This document shows positions 1 to 18,327 of a stretch of DNA of 64,000 bases, piece after piece. This DNA is from the human T2T-CHM13v2.0 reference genome, Homo sapiens. Every line of letters starts with the position of its first letter. Position 1 is the stretch's first letter. Below the pieces are notes generated by a model that was not told the origin of the DNA, did no database searches, and saw nothing but the letters and a program-made list of their open reading frames with translations. A program made the translations under genes and the position numbers. The stretch lies in the NCBI RefSeq assembly GCF_009914755.1, contig NC_060935.1; one strand, given 5' to 3'.

Positions 1-751
1 TTTAAGGTGGGTCTAGAGTTGTGCTCATTCTAGGGATAATTATGTGCACTACTGAGCCAATACCTTCCTGATTCTCCATCCAGTGAATCATGCCCTGTGA
101 AACATGTTTTTCCAGTCTGGCTGGTGGGAAGAGACACTATTCCTGGATAGCGCTGAGCATCGTCACCTCTAGTCCTTCAGGATGGTTCTTTCCCTGGCCT
201 TGGTAGTTTCCTCACACATGCACACTGATCATTAATCAACTGAAAGACTCAAGTAAGACCTTCTGAAGATCTCTGGAGTTCTGTTTGGGTGAAGTTCTCT
301 CTCCTCTCTGTATGGTGCCCTGTGAATTATTGTTGCATGTTACTACTGATGAATAAGGAAGAGTATTTATTAACATGTATTGAGCAGTTACAATTTCTGA
401 ATGAGGAAACTAAGCTAAGAGAAGTTAATTAATTTGTCAAAGGTCATTACGAGAGAGGCGGTCTGTCTCTAAACACCCACATCTTTAATCATTAAACTGT
501 ACTGCCTTATCATGTATTTAATGTGGCATTATTTCCTTATCTTTAGGAAAAGCTGATATTAAATCTATGGTCTGGTTTATAATCAACGGCAGGTTAGAAT
601 AGAGAAAATTTAATGATTTAAAAAACTGAGCACAGAGAATAAGAGAATATGAGATCAAATGTGTCACTTAACGATAAGTGTCACTAACATTTATCAAGCA
701 CTTATTCAGACCAGGTGTTTTTTTGAATGCTCTGCATTGCACCACATATTT

Positions 752-1163
752 GTATTAGCCTGTTCTTGCTGTAAAGGAATACCTGAGACTGGGTAATTTA
801 TAAAGAAAATTGGTTTATGTAGGGTCTTGGCTCTGCAGGCAGTACAGAAAGACGGTGTTAGCATCTGCTCCTTGTAAGGGCCTCAGGAAGCCTTCAATCA
901 TGGCAGAGGGTGAAGGAGGAGTAGGCATATCACATGGCGAGAGCAGGAGCAACAGAAAGGGGATGTCCTAGACTCTTTTAAACAACCAGATCTCGCATGA
1001 ACTAACTGAGGGAGAACACACTTATCACCAAGGGGATGGTGCTAAACCATTCATGAAGGATCGGTCCCCGTGATCCAATCACCTCCCACTAGGCCCCACC
1101 TCCAACATTGGGAGTCACATTTCAACATGCAATTTGGAAGAGACAGACATCGAAACCACATCA
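752..1163 (-). mobile_element. MaLR LTR (MST family)
   Basis: TGTATTAG...GAATACCTGAGACTGGGTAATTTATAAAGAAAA...CCCACTAGGCCCCACCTCCAACATTGGG, typical MSTA/MSTB sequence. Confidence 0.8.
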
Positions 1164-1164
1164 C

Positions 1165-1761
<597 letters not shown>

Positions 1762-2191
1762 TGCAGCTGTGATAAGTGCTGTGACACAAGAAACAGCAGG
1801 AGATGGTAGGAATGCAGAGGGAGGCACCTAATCCAATTGGAATAGTCAAGACGTGGCAAAATGCTCCAAAGGAAGAGATTCCTGAACTGAATGTTAAAAG
1901 ACATGGGAAGTTAGGCACTGGGAGAAGGCTAGAGGCAAAAGAGATCATGGAGCTCAAAGTGCAAAGTAGCGAGAAAGTCTGGAGTGGTATAAACTAAGAA
2001 AAGAAAAATAATGTGATCACACACATGTGCTGCAGTGTTGAAATACTTTATGGTGCAGCCAGCAATGAATTGGCTGTCATAGCCAATTGTGTTTATGTCA
2101 ATAGTTTGAAATCAGCCATGGTAGGAGTATTTACACCATGGAAATCAGCAAAGCTACAAATGAGGGACTTTTTCCCTCAGAGATTTACCAG

Positions 2192-2669
2192 GGTAGCAGG
2201 ACGAGCTGCAGACAAAACTCCTGACACCGAGTTAAAGAAGGAAGTGGTTTATTCGGCCAGGAACATTGGGAAAGACTCCTGTCTCAAGAGCCGAGCTCCC
2301 CAAGTGAGCAATTCCTGTCCCTTTTAAGGGCTCACAACTCTAAGGGGATCCGCGTGAGAGGGTCGTGATCGATTGAGCGAGCAGGGGGTACATGACAGGG
2401 GCTGCATGCACCAGTGGTCAGAGTGAAACAGAACAGACCAGGAAGTTTCACAATGTCTTTTCTATACAATATCTGGAATCTATAGATAACATAACCGGTT
2501 AGGTCAGGTGTCGATCTTTAACTACCAGGCTTAGGTCAGGCAGGCCCAGGCCTGGTTTCGGGTCTGGTTCCTAGGCGCCGGGCTACCTGCCTTTTGTTTC
2601 GCTTTTCTTTTCTTTTCTGAGTATAAAACAATATAAAACAATATGAGAGGGTCTGTGCCTCTTCTTTCA
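2192..2669 (-). mobile_element. Solo LTR2B (HERV-E family), inserted in a MER63-like DNA transposon fragment
   Basis: Reverse strand reads TGAAAGAAGAGGCACAGACCCTCTCATATTGTTTTATATTG...GCTCGTCCTGCTAC; 4-bp TSD CCAG at 2188-2191 and 2670-2673. Confidence 0.85.
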
Positions 2670-2695
2670 CCAGCACCGCTGGTCCCAGGCTATAA

Positions 2696-2901
<206 letters not shown>

Positions 2902-3711
2902 TAGTAGAGACGGGGTTTCACTGTGTTGCCCAGGCTGGTGTGTAGCTTCTGAGCTCAGGCGATCTGCCTGCCTCTGCCTCCCAAAATGCTGGTATTACGG
3001 GTATGAGCCACGGCACCCAGCCCAAGATGACGTTTATATCTTCTCCTGATGTTGTCTCACAGAGGCTAAAATATCTTTATTTTAAAATTTCTCTTGCAGA
3101 TTGTTTCTGGCCTTGAATTATTTTTCCTTGAAATTTCATTCACTCCACAAACCTATCTACATGGTGCCATGTTTGTGGTGGGTGCTGCAGATATGACCCC
3201 ACCAGGAAGTCATGGCACCTCCTGTCATATACTCCCAGGAACCCGGGGCCAGCTTTCTTGTTCTCCATCTGAACTTTGTAGGGCATTTCACCAGGAACTT
3301 TAAAGTAGCCAGATGGCTATCAGGAAAGAAACGTTCCTTAGCCTGTGGCATTGTGTTTTTTTTTTAAATTGAATAATGCATTAACATTGATGGAGTCACA
3401 GCTGGCTCCAGGGTGCCTCCCGTCCGGCTCCCACAGGAGGTTACAATAGGAGTTGGCAAACTTTCCAAAGTACTCCATCAAGTCCATGTGTAACTATTCT
3501 CCCATTCAAATTTTCTTCTCCCTGCAGTGGTAGGTTCAGACCATCTTCAAACATCAACAATTGTTTTCAAGTAGCCACTAAGCTAAGCTAAGCTGACTAA
3601 GAAGACATACTTGTCCGTGAGGGAAGCCAGGACCCATTCATAAATAAAAATAAAAACAAAAATAAATAAGAATAGTACTTAGAAAATCATAAAAGTGGGA
3701 GGAACTATTTA

Positions 3712-7480
<3,769 letters not shown>

Positions 7481-7783
7481 TGTACTTTCCACCCTTTTCT
7501 ACTCTCTTCTTTTTCCTAGGAAGCTAAAATGTATGGGCTACATCAATAAGGCTCCATGCCTTCAGGCTTCCAGTTGCCAATAAATGCCCCAGTAGGAGAC
7601 CGGAGGGAGGAAGGAGGATGAGATCAGAGTGTTTATTCCCTTGGCTCCCTTCAGTTGTGCAGCCTTCTTTGCATGACTGTCTCCTTCTCATTTCCAGTTG
7701 CTATTCCCTTCCCTGTCTCTTCTGGCTAGAAGTAGTTACTTCACTATCCCTTGCGACTCCCCTACACATTGCTTATACCTTTA

Positions 7784-8174
7784 TGTAAGGGGAATGGCTG
7801 CGCTTTAGTCAGGAATAGGCCAAGGCAGCCTTTTGGCACAGCATGACTCAAACAGGTTTGGAGCGCAGGCACACAACTCTGCACGTTATGTAGCCACACC
7901 ACATGAGGCGCTTTAGGTAACCACTCACGTGTGCTCGTGCTTGACTGAGCCACTATTGTTTGTAAAAGGTATAACTACCCAGCTGACACTGTACATATGG
8001 CTTTTGCCCCTGGCTTGTGCCCACAGCTCACACCGAGGTTGGTGCCCAAGCTCGCTTGCATCCAGAGAGACAGAGAAAATGCTATGTGAAAACTTGCTAT
8101 GATTCCTTGAGTGTTCTTTCAGCTGGCCACCACTTGTCCACTGACTCCCCTCAGACCTCAGTTAGAACATGACA
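7784..8174 (+). mobile_element. 5' LTR (LTR18 family)
   Basis: Starts TGTAAGGGGAATGG, ends AACATGACA; homologous to 11538-11909; AP-1 site TGACTCA at 7844-7850. Confidence 0.9.
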
Positions 8175-8176
8175 AT

Positions 8177-8194
8177 TGGCATCACGAACACAAT
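8177..8194 (+). promoter_or_regulatory. Retroviral primer-binding site, tRNA-Ser type
   Basis: TGGCATCACGAACACAAT lies 2 nt after the 5' LTR; 15/18 match to TGGCGTCACGAACAGGAT, the complement of the tRNA-Ser(CGA) 3' end as I recall it. Confidence 0.8.
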
Positions 8195-8238
8195 CCCAGA
8201 GTGAGTGAGTCTTTGGTCCCCACTGAGTCCAGGTTGGC

Positions 8239-10770
8239 CATGTGACCGCAACATGGATGGTGGTACCCAGTGGCAGCTGTGCTGCTCAAATGGGCTCTAG
8301 TGGAAACCTGGGCAGTGGTAGATAGGCCCCCTGCGAGCATGGAGAAGGCGCTGAAGCATCTGGAAGCACAGAGCACTGAGAAGGGGTGAGCCTTTCCGAC
8401 AGAGTCGAATGGGTGTTTTTGACTGCACTATGAGAGGTACACACCCAGTCCCTGAGGGATGCAGCAGAGGTAAGGGCCTCCCAGGTGCCAGAAGGCCTGG
8501 TTACGCAGCTCAGAAGTGTTAGAAGCTGCCATGAATAGGGACCTCCAGGCATAGGCGGAGTGCCTGGAGGCCTGGCCACAGAGCTTGGAAAAGGAATTAG
8601 AAGCTGCTGTGAATGCTATCCTGGGTCCGTCATCTTGGCCAGAGAGACTCCCACTTGGTCTGGGTTTGCACCATAAAGAAGGAGAAGATGCCCCACTCGC
8701 AGGGGGCCCCCCCATGGGAGGAAAGGGGGTCCCACTGAGTGACACGCTTACAGATGTGGGTAGATTTGATTTTGGCTGGGGTTGACTGAGAGAAAATTAA
8801 TAAGCAGCCCAATGAAGTACTATTAACTTTGTGGAGACAGTTGTCTCCAGAGCAGCAATTCCAGAAAATGTCCAAGGGGAAGAAGGACACTGCTGCGTGA
8901 CCTGGTCCCACCTGGGTGCTTCAGCTCAAAGACTATGTGCTGCAGCCAGACAGGGGTGTAAAGCCTTTTGTGTTTGATGAGGGAGCTGGCCGAGGTGCCC
9001 GGCTTGGGGGAACACCGGATGACAGGAGGCCACATGTGAAATTAGCAATTCACTGGTCCCCCACCAACGTACAGCAAGTGCTGGTGCTGGTAGACACCAG
9101 TGCAGATGTATTCTGCGGGTGGATGTTTTACACAGCTTGGCAGCTATGCCATCAATCGTGGATTTGATGGACTGTTTGATGATAGAACTGGAACCGTACC
9201 ACTGTGTGGTGGACTTGGCTAATGCATTCTTTTCCAAAAAGCCAGGAACAGCTTACCTTCACGGGAAGGCGACTGTGGGCTTTCACAGTGCTGCCGGAGG
9301 GCTATATGCAGAGCCTCACCATATGTCATGGTCTTGTTAATGATATTATGCTAACCTCTGATTCTCTTGCAGATTTAGAAGTGGCAATGCTCCCCTTGCC
9401 TAGAATTAAGATGATGAGGCTGAGACAGCCTTTCTGGCAGCCAAGCAGGCTATTCAGCAGGCACAGGCCCTACTGGTAATTAACCAGGGGCACCTATTTA
9501 AACTTGATGTGCATGTGACCACAGATAGTTTTGTCTGGGCCTATAGCAGCACATGGAGAGCTTGAGAACGCCAGTAGGCTTTTCATCCCAACTATGGAAA
9601 GGAGTTGAGCTCCAGTATTCATTGATAGAGAAGTAGTCAGTAACTGCATATGCTGCCCGTCAGGTTTATGAGAGCATGGTAGGACAGGCTACAGTCATTG
9701 TGCAGACAACTTACCCAATAGCGGAATGAGTGTGTTCATGGATAACAACCCCCTGGATGGGGAAAGCAGTTAGTAACTGCATATGCTGCCCTTCGGGCTC
9801 ATGAGAGCATGGCAGGATGGGGACGGGCTACAGTCGTTGTGTGGACAACTTACCCGAGAGCGGGATGGATGAGTTCATGGATAACAGCCTCCCAAACGGG
9901 GCGGTGCAGACATCCACTTTGGCAAAGTGGGGTGCCTACTTGGAGCAGTGGCGTACGCTGAGCACAAGTCCCTTAGCAGTAGAGTTGCAAGAGATCTTGG
10001 GACCTGTAGTCCTAATGCAAGACAAGGCCATGGGGCCTGAGGCACCTTTAGACCCTGAACCTTCACCATTTAAGGAAGGGCGTCCCCCTATTCCCAATGG
10101 GGTATGATACACAGATGGGTATGATACACAGATGGGTCCCCCCATACCCAGTGGGGTATGATACTGCTGCCTGGACCACTCTTGCGGTCCAACCTAGTAC
10201 TGACACCATGTGATTTGAAACTGGATGTGGACAGAGTAGTCCATGGGCTGAACTTAGAGCAGTATGGATGGTGATCACCAAGGAGATGACACCTGTGATA
10301 ATCTTTACCAATAGCTGGGAGGTCTATCGAGGCTTAACCTTGTGGTTAACTACCTGGAAAATACAGAAGTGGCTAGTTGGCCAGTGAACCATATGGGGCT
10401 AAGCAATGTGGCAAGACCTCTGGGAAATGGGTCATCAGAAAGAGGTAACTATCATCTGTCAGGCCATATGCCTTTGGCCACCCCTGGCAATGATGAGACA
10501 GATGCTTTGGCCAAGGTCTGATGGTTAGAGACAGCACCTACTTGAGATGTGGCCTTGTGGCTACACTGGAAACTGGGGTTAAACTAATGCAACAGGTCAA
10601 TAAGTGTTGGGGTCTGTCCCTGCCCATGCAAGATATTTGGGAGGCTTGTCAGAAATGCCCAGCATGTGCTCAGGCATACCCTAAATGGAGACCGCTACCC
10701 AGTGTTACACAGCAAGTAGTGATACAGCGAGTGCCCTTAACCAGGTAGCAAGTAGACAAGATCAGGCCCC
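8239..10770 (+). pseudogene. Degenerate ERV gag-pro-pol remnant
   Basis: Protease-like LVDTSAD (D codon at 9093); RT motifs VDLANAFFS (~9209) and VLPEGYMQS (~9288); RNase H motifs (W>stop)YTDG (~10105), WAELRAV (~10244) and GH..PGNDETDALAK (~10462); integrase zinc-finger CQKCPAC (~10650). Many stops, frameshifts and deletions. Confidence 0.85.
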
Positions 10771-10778
10771 GATGGATT

Positions 10779-11410
10779 TTGTGCCCCCTGGGAGTTTATG
10801 GGTCTGTGGTGACACAGGGTGTCCTTACCTACCAGTGGACTGGACTGAATATTGTACCTAGGGGTGGCCTTATGTACCTGCCACTGTTCTCCCCAGATGC
10901 CCATCCCAATAATGGGGAGGCACTACATTCTCAGTTTTTGCCAGTGCAACAAGCCCCCTGGTGGTTCTACCCCTTGGCAATGACTGTTCTTGGAGCGGGT
11001 GTCATAACTGTAGAAGCACAAGTTACTGCTCTTGCAGAGCACACCGCTTGGGCTCTGAATCACACCCAAGTGGCTCTCCTCCTGTTAACAGATGAGGTTG
11101 ATCAGATCAGAAAGGTGGTGTTGCAAAACTGAATGGCCTTAGACTTAATGACTGCTGTCCAAGGAGGCACCTGTGCTCTTTTAGGAACACAGTGTGGTAC
11201 CTTTATCCCTGACAATTGGCAGAACATAACAGCAGCCCTGCAAGGAGTCTCACGGGAGATTAAGGTAGTCAGGAGCCTTACTGACAACCCCCTGCAGGGT
11301 GGGCATCCCTGGGCTCTAGCCTATGCTGGGCCCTAATAGTCAAAAGTAGCATAGCTGGGATCCTAGTAGTGAGCTATTGCTCTCCGTGTGGTTGTTGTGG
11401 GTTATGGATT
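10779..11410 (+). pseudogene. Degenerate ERV env remnant (SU C-terminus plus TM with immunosuppressive domain)
   Basis: WVCGDTGCPYLPVDW SU motif; heptad AQVTALAEHTAWALNHTQVALLLLTDEVDQIRKVV; ISU LQN*MALDLMTAVQGGTCALLGTQCG at 11121-11198 with a stop at 11130-11132. Confidence 0.88.
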
Positions 11411-11537
11411 CAGGGCTCCAGTCTCTGGGCATGTGTCCCTGCCTGGAGGATGGCCTTGGCCTAGGGGGTGGAGTATAAGGGTCCAGTCTCTGGGCACTTG
11501 TCCCTTCCTGGAGGATGGCCTTGGCCTGGGGGTGGAG

Positions 11538-11909
11538 TATAAGGGTAATGGTTCTGCTTTAGTCAGGAATAGGCTGAAGTGGCCTTCCAGCACAGCATGA
11601 CTCAGCAGGTTTGGAGCACAGGTGCACAACTCTGCACGTTATGTAACCATGCCATGTGAGGCACATTAGGTAACCAGGTGTGCTCTTGCTTGGCTCAGAG
11701 CCATTATTGTCTGTAAAAGGTGTAACTATCCAGCTGATGCTATACATACAGCTTGCGCCCACCACTTGTACCCATGGCTTGTGCCCAAGCTCACTTGTGC
11801 CCAGAGAGAAAAAGCCATGTCGAAAATCCCTATATGATTCCTTGAGTGTTCTTTCAGCTGCCCGCCACTGGTCCACCAACTCCCCTCAGACCTCAGTTAG
11901 AACATGACA
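11538..11909 (+). mobile_element. 3' LTR (LTR18 family), preceded by polypurine tract GGGGGTGGAG
   Basis: Homologous to the 5' LTR; ends AACATGACA plus TSD; terminal TG has mutated to TA. Confidence 0.9.
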
Positions 11910-11988
11910 CTTTAAAATCATCCCTGGCCAGGTGTGGTGGCTCACGCCTGTGATCCCAACACTTTGGGAGGCTGAGGCAGGCAGATCA

Positions 11989-12287
<299 letters not shown>

Positions 12288-12552
12288 TTATCCTAATTGT
12301 GCTATTTTCTGTTGTGAGCCTGATCGGTACATTACCCTTTTCTTCTTCAAGCACTCTATTAGATATTCTTCAGAAATCTACATTAATGTATGAAATAAGA
12401 TGGACATAGGTTCTAATACCTGTTCTGGAAGCTAATTATTGGGGAAAGTTCTTTAGCTTCTTTGAGCTTCAATTTCCTTATCTGTACTATGGATGTCTGA
12501 TAGTTGTTGTAAGGATTAAATGAGATGATGTGTATAAAATGACTGGCATGTT

Positions 12553-14455
<1,903 letters not shown>

Positions 14456-15199
14456 TGGGCCGGGCCACAGTGGCTCATGCCCATAATCCCAGAGCTTTGG
14501 GAGGCAGAGGCAGGAGAATTGCTTGAGGCCAGGGGTTTGAGACCAGCCTGCACAACATAATGAGACCTTCATCTCTGCAAAAAAAATAATAAATAAATAA
14601 AATAAAATAAAATTACCTGAGCATGGTGATGCACCTCTGTAGCCCTAACTACTTGAGAGGCTGAGGTGGAAGGATCCCTTGAGCCGTGGAGTTTGAGGCT
14701 GCAGTGAGCTATTATTGCACCACTGCACTCCAGCCTGTGTGACAGAGAAAGACCTGATCTCTTTAAAAACAAACAAACAAAAAACCCAGAAATTTATTCT
14801 CACACGGTTCTGTTGGTCAGAAATCTGAAATCATTTTCACTCAGCCAAAATTAAGGTGTCAGGCCAAGGTCATATGTAATGCGTGTGATTACATTTAGGG
14901 CCCACCCAGGATAATCTCCTCACTGCAAGATCCTTAACTTAATTACACCTGCAAAGACACTGTTTCCATATAAAATAACATTTACAGGTTTCAAGGATTG
15001 GGATCTAACATCTTTAGCGGCTACTAGTCAACCTACTACAGGGGCAAATCTGGGTTTTCTCTCTTGTCTCAACAAGGAAGTGTGGTCTTTGGAAAGGAGT
15101 AAGGAGACAGAGACTTTGTTTGCACAGTGACACAATGAAGAAGTTGTGTTTTGGGTGGTAGGTATTTACTTATTTATTTATTTAGAAATAGAGTTTCAC

Positions 15200-15779
<580 letters not shown>

Positions 15780-16392
15780 CAGTAGTTAATATTTTAAAAG
15801 AAGATTTGGTTTGTCATGTGATGTTTCATTCTGCAGGAGCTGAAGGACGCAAGAGTCTCCAAATGATGTGTAGCTTTTCAAAGATCTCGTGCTTCCTCTT
15901 CCATGATGAGGGAGTTCTACAAGGAGGTAGAAGTTTAAAGAGACCAAGAAAATGGTTAGGGAGAAGAGGGAGGGAGACCAAAGAGAGGCAGAGAGAGAGA
16001 AAATGCAATTGGTCAAATGTTTCCTGGGACTGATCTGCATTCACACACCCTCCCAGTTGATCTAGGCATTGTGTTTATTCTTCCCAGGTGATGGAGAGGT
16101 GTTCCTGCGGGTGACTGTAATTACAGGCTATAGGAGGTGGGGTACAGATAGTCAGAGATTGTTAAAATCAGCTCTGTCCATTCAGCAGAGAGGATAGTTC
16201 ACACATGCTAATATTTCATGCACCAGAGACTTCACTAGATGCTGGTGCTTAAGCTAGGCTGTGTAGGCTGAGAAGTATTCAGACAAGTTATGAGAAGAGT
16301 GTTCAGGCAGGGCCAGTGGCAGAGGTAAGGAAAATCAGCCAGGCGCGGTGGCTCACACCTGTAATCACAACACTTTGGGAGGCCTGAGGTCA

Positions 16393-16666
<274 letters not shown>

Positions 16667-17373
16667 CTAGTGGGGGGCAGTGGATTAATCTACCCTTTCA
16701 GCCTGATAATCTAGCCCCAAGCACTATTAGACACATTACTTAAGGAAGCAGTTAATAACTTCACACAGCATTTCAACTTGGTGGGTCAGTCCTAAGTGTG
16801 AATTTTGTTTTTCTTCACTGACTCTAACACAGTTATTGTCTTTTTGGTCCAATATTATCAAATTTCATTACCTTGTTAATCGCCAGATTTTTTTTTTCAT
16901 TTTTAAATAAGTGAAGCATATGTGGAATTCTAAAGAACTCAGCTCATTTATTTCCTTTGAAAAATCTTATTCCTGCACCAATAAACATCATTATAATGCA
17001 CCCAGCCAATTTCATTTCAGAACAAGTTGGTACATTACTCAAGTATTGATCACTTGCTTTGTCATCTTATCAGTTAATTATTGTTATGGTTACAAGTTCC
17101 TCAGACTTGAGGCTTGGTGATATTTTCTCTTTCTTCTGGATCAGCACATGGAGTACAGCACACAGCCCATAATAGGCCATTAATAAGTGTTAATTGATAT
17201 TTCATACCTGAGTTGGGCCAAAGCATCAAATTCTTTATGTCAAGGTACAGTTTTAACCTAAATGTAATAATAATAGTATAATAAGCCTTAACTTTAGCCT
17301 CAAAGTCATTAAAAATCTAACTTTTTGGAACACTCATTTTTAGCTTATTATCTTTTTTTGTAACAAATGCCAT

Positions 17374-17922
17374 TGTCAGAGGAGTGTGAACCAGAGCAAC
17401 TCCATCTTAAATAGGGGCTGGGTAAAATAAAGCTGAAGCCTACTGGGCTGCATTCCCAGACTGTTAGGCATTCTAAGTCACAGAATGAGATAGGAGGTCG
17501 GCACAAAATACAGGTCATAAAGACCTTGCTAATAAAACGGGTTGCCAGTAAAGAAGCCAGCCAAAACCCATGAAAACCAAGATGGCGACAAGAGTAACCT
17601 CTGGTCGTCCTCACTGCTACACTCCCAACAGCGCTGTCACAGTTTATAAATGCCATTGGCAACGTCAAGAAGTTACCCTATATGGTCTAAAAAGGGAAGG
17701 TATGAATAATCCACTCCTTGTTTAGCATATAAGCAAAAAATAACCATAAAAATGGACAACCAGCAGCCCTTGGGGCTTCTCTGTCTATAAAGTAGCCATT
17801 CGTTATTCCTTTACTTTCCTAGTAAACTTGCTTTTACTTTATAAACTCACCCTGAATTATTTCTTGCTTGAGATCCAAGAACCCTCTCTTGGGGTCTGGA
17901 TTGGGACCCCTTCCCTGTAACA
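17374..17922 (+). mobile_element. Solo MER41 LTR (MER41A-like)
   Basis: TGTCAGAGGAGTGTGAACCAGAGCAACTCCATCTT...GGACCCCTTCCCTGTAACA; near-TSD CCAT/CAAT; lacks the TTCCNGGAA block at ~17700. Confidence 0.88.
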
Positions 17923-18153
17923 CAATGACTCATTTTGTTTATAATATAGGCAAAATTATAGAATGCTGGAATTGTGAGGAATTTTAGGGATAATCTAGCC
18001 TAAAGCTCTCATTTTATACCACGGGAAACTGAGGACCAAAGACATAAAGTAAAAGTTGGGTGTGGTGGGTCAGATCTATAATCTGGGCTTGAGGCCACGA
18101 GACCAGCCTAGGCAAGAGAACCTGTCTCTTGAAGAATTTTTTTTTTAATTTTA

Positions 18154-18327
<174 letters not shown>

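Larger units (their letters stand above)
7784..11909 (+). mobile_element. Internally deleted HERV-S (HERVL18) provirus with two LTR18-type LTRs
   Basis: Direct LTRs at 7784-8174 (TG...CA) and 11538-11909; exact 5-bp TSD CTTTA at 7779-7783 and 11910-11914; PBS, PPT and degenerate pro/pol/env motifs in retroviral order. Confidence 0.92.

Noticed and set aside
8239-11410. Functional (domesticated) retroviral gene
   Set aside because: All gag, pol and env frames are broken by stops, frameshifts and large deletions; the protease DTG has become DTS and no intact RT YxDD motif is present.
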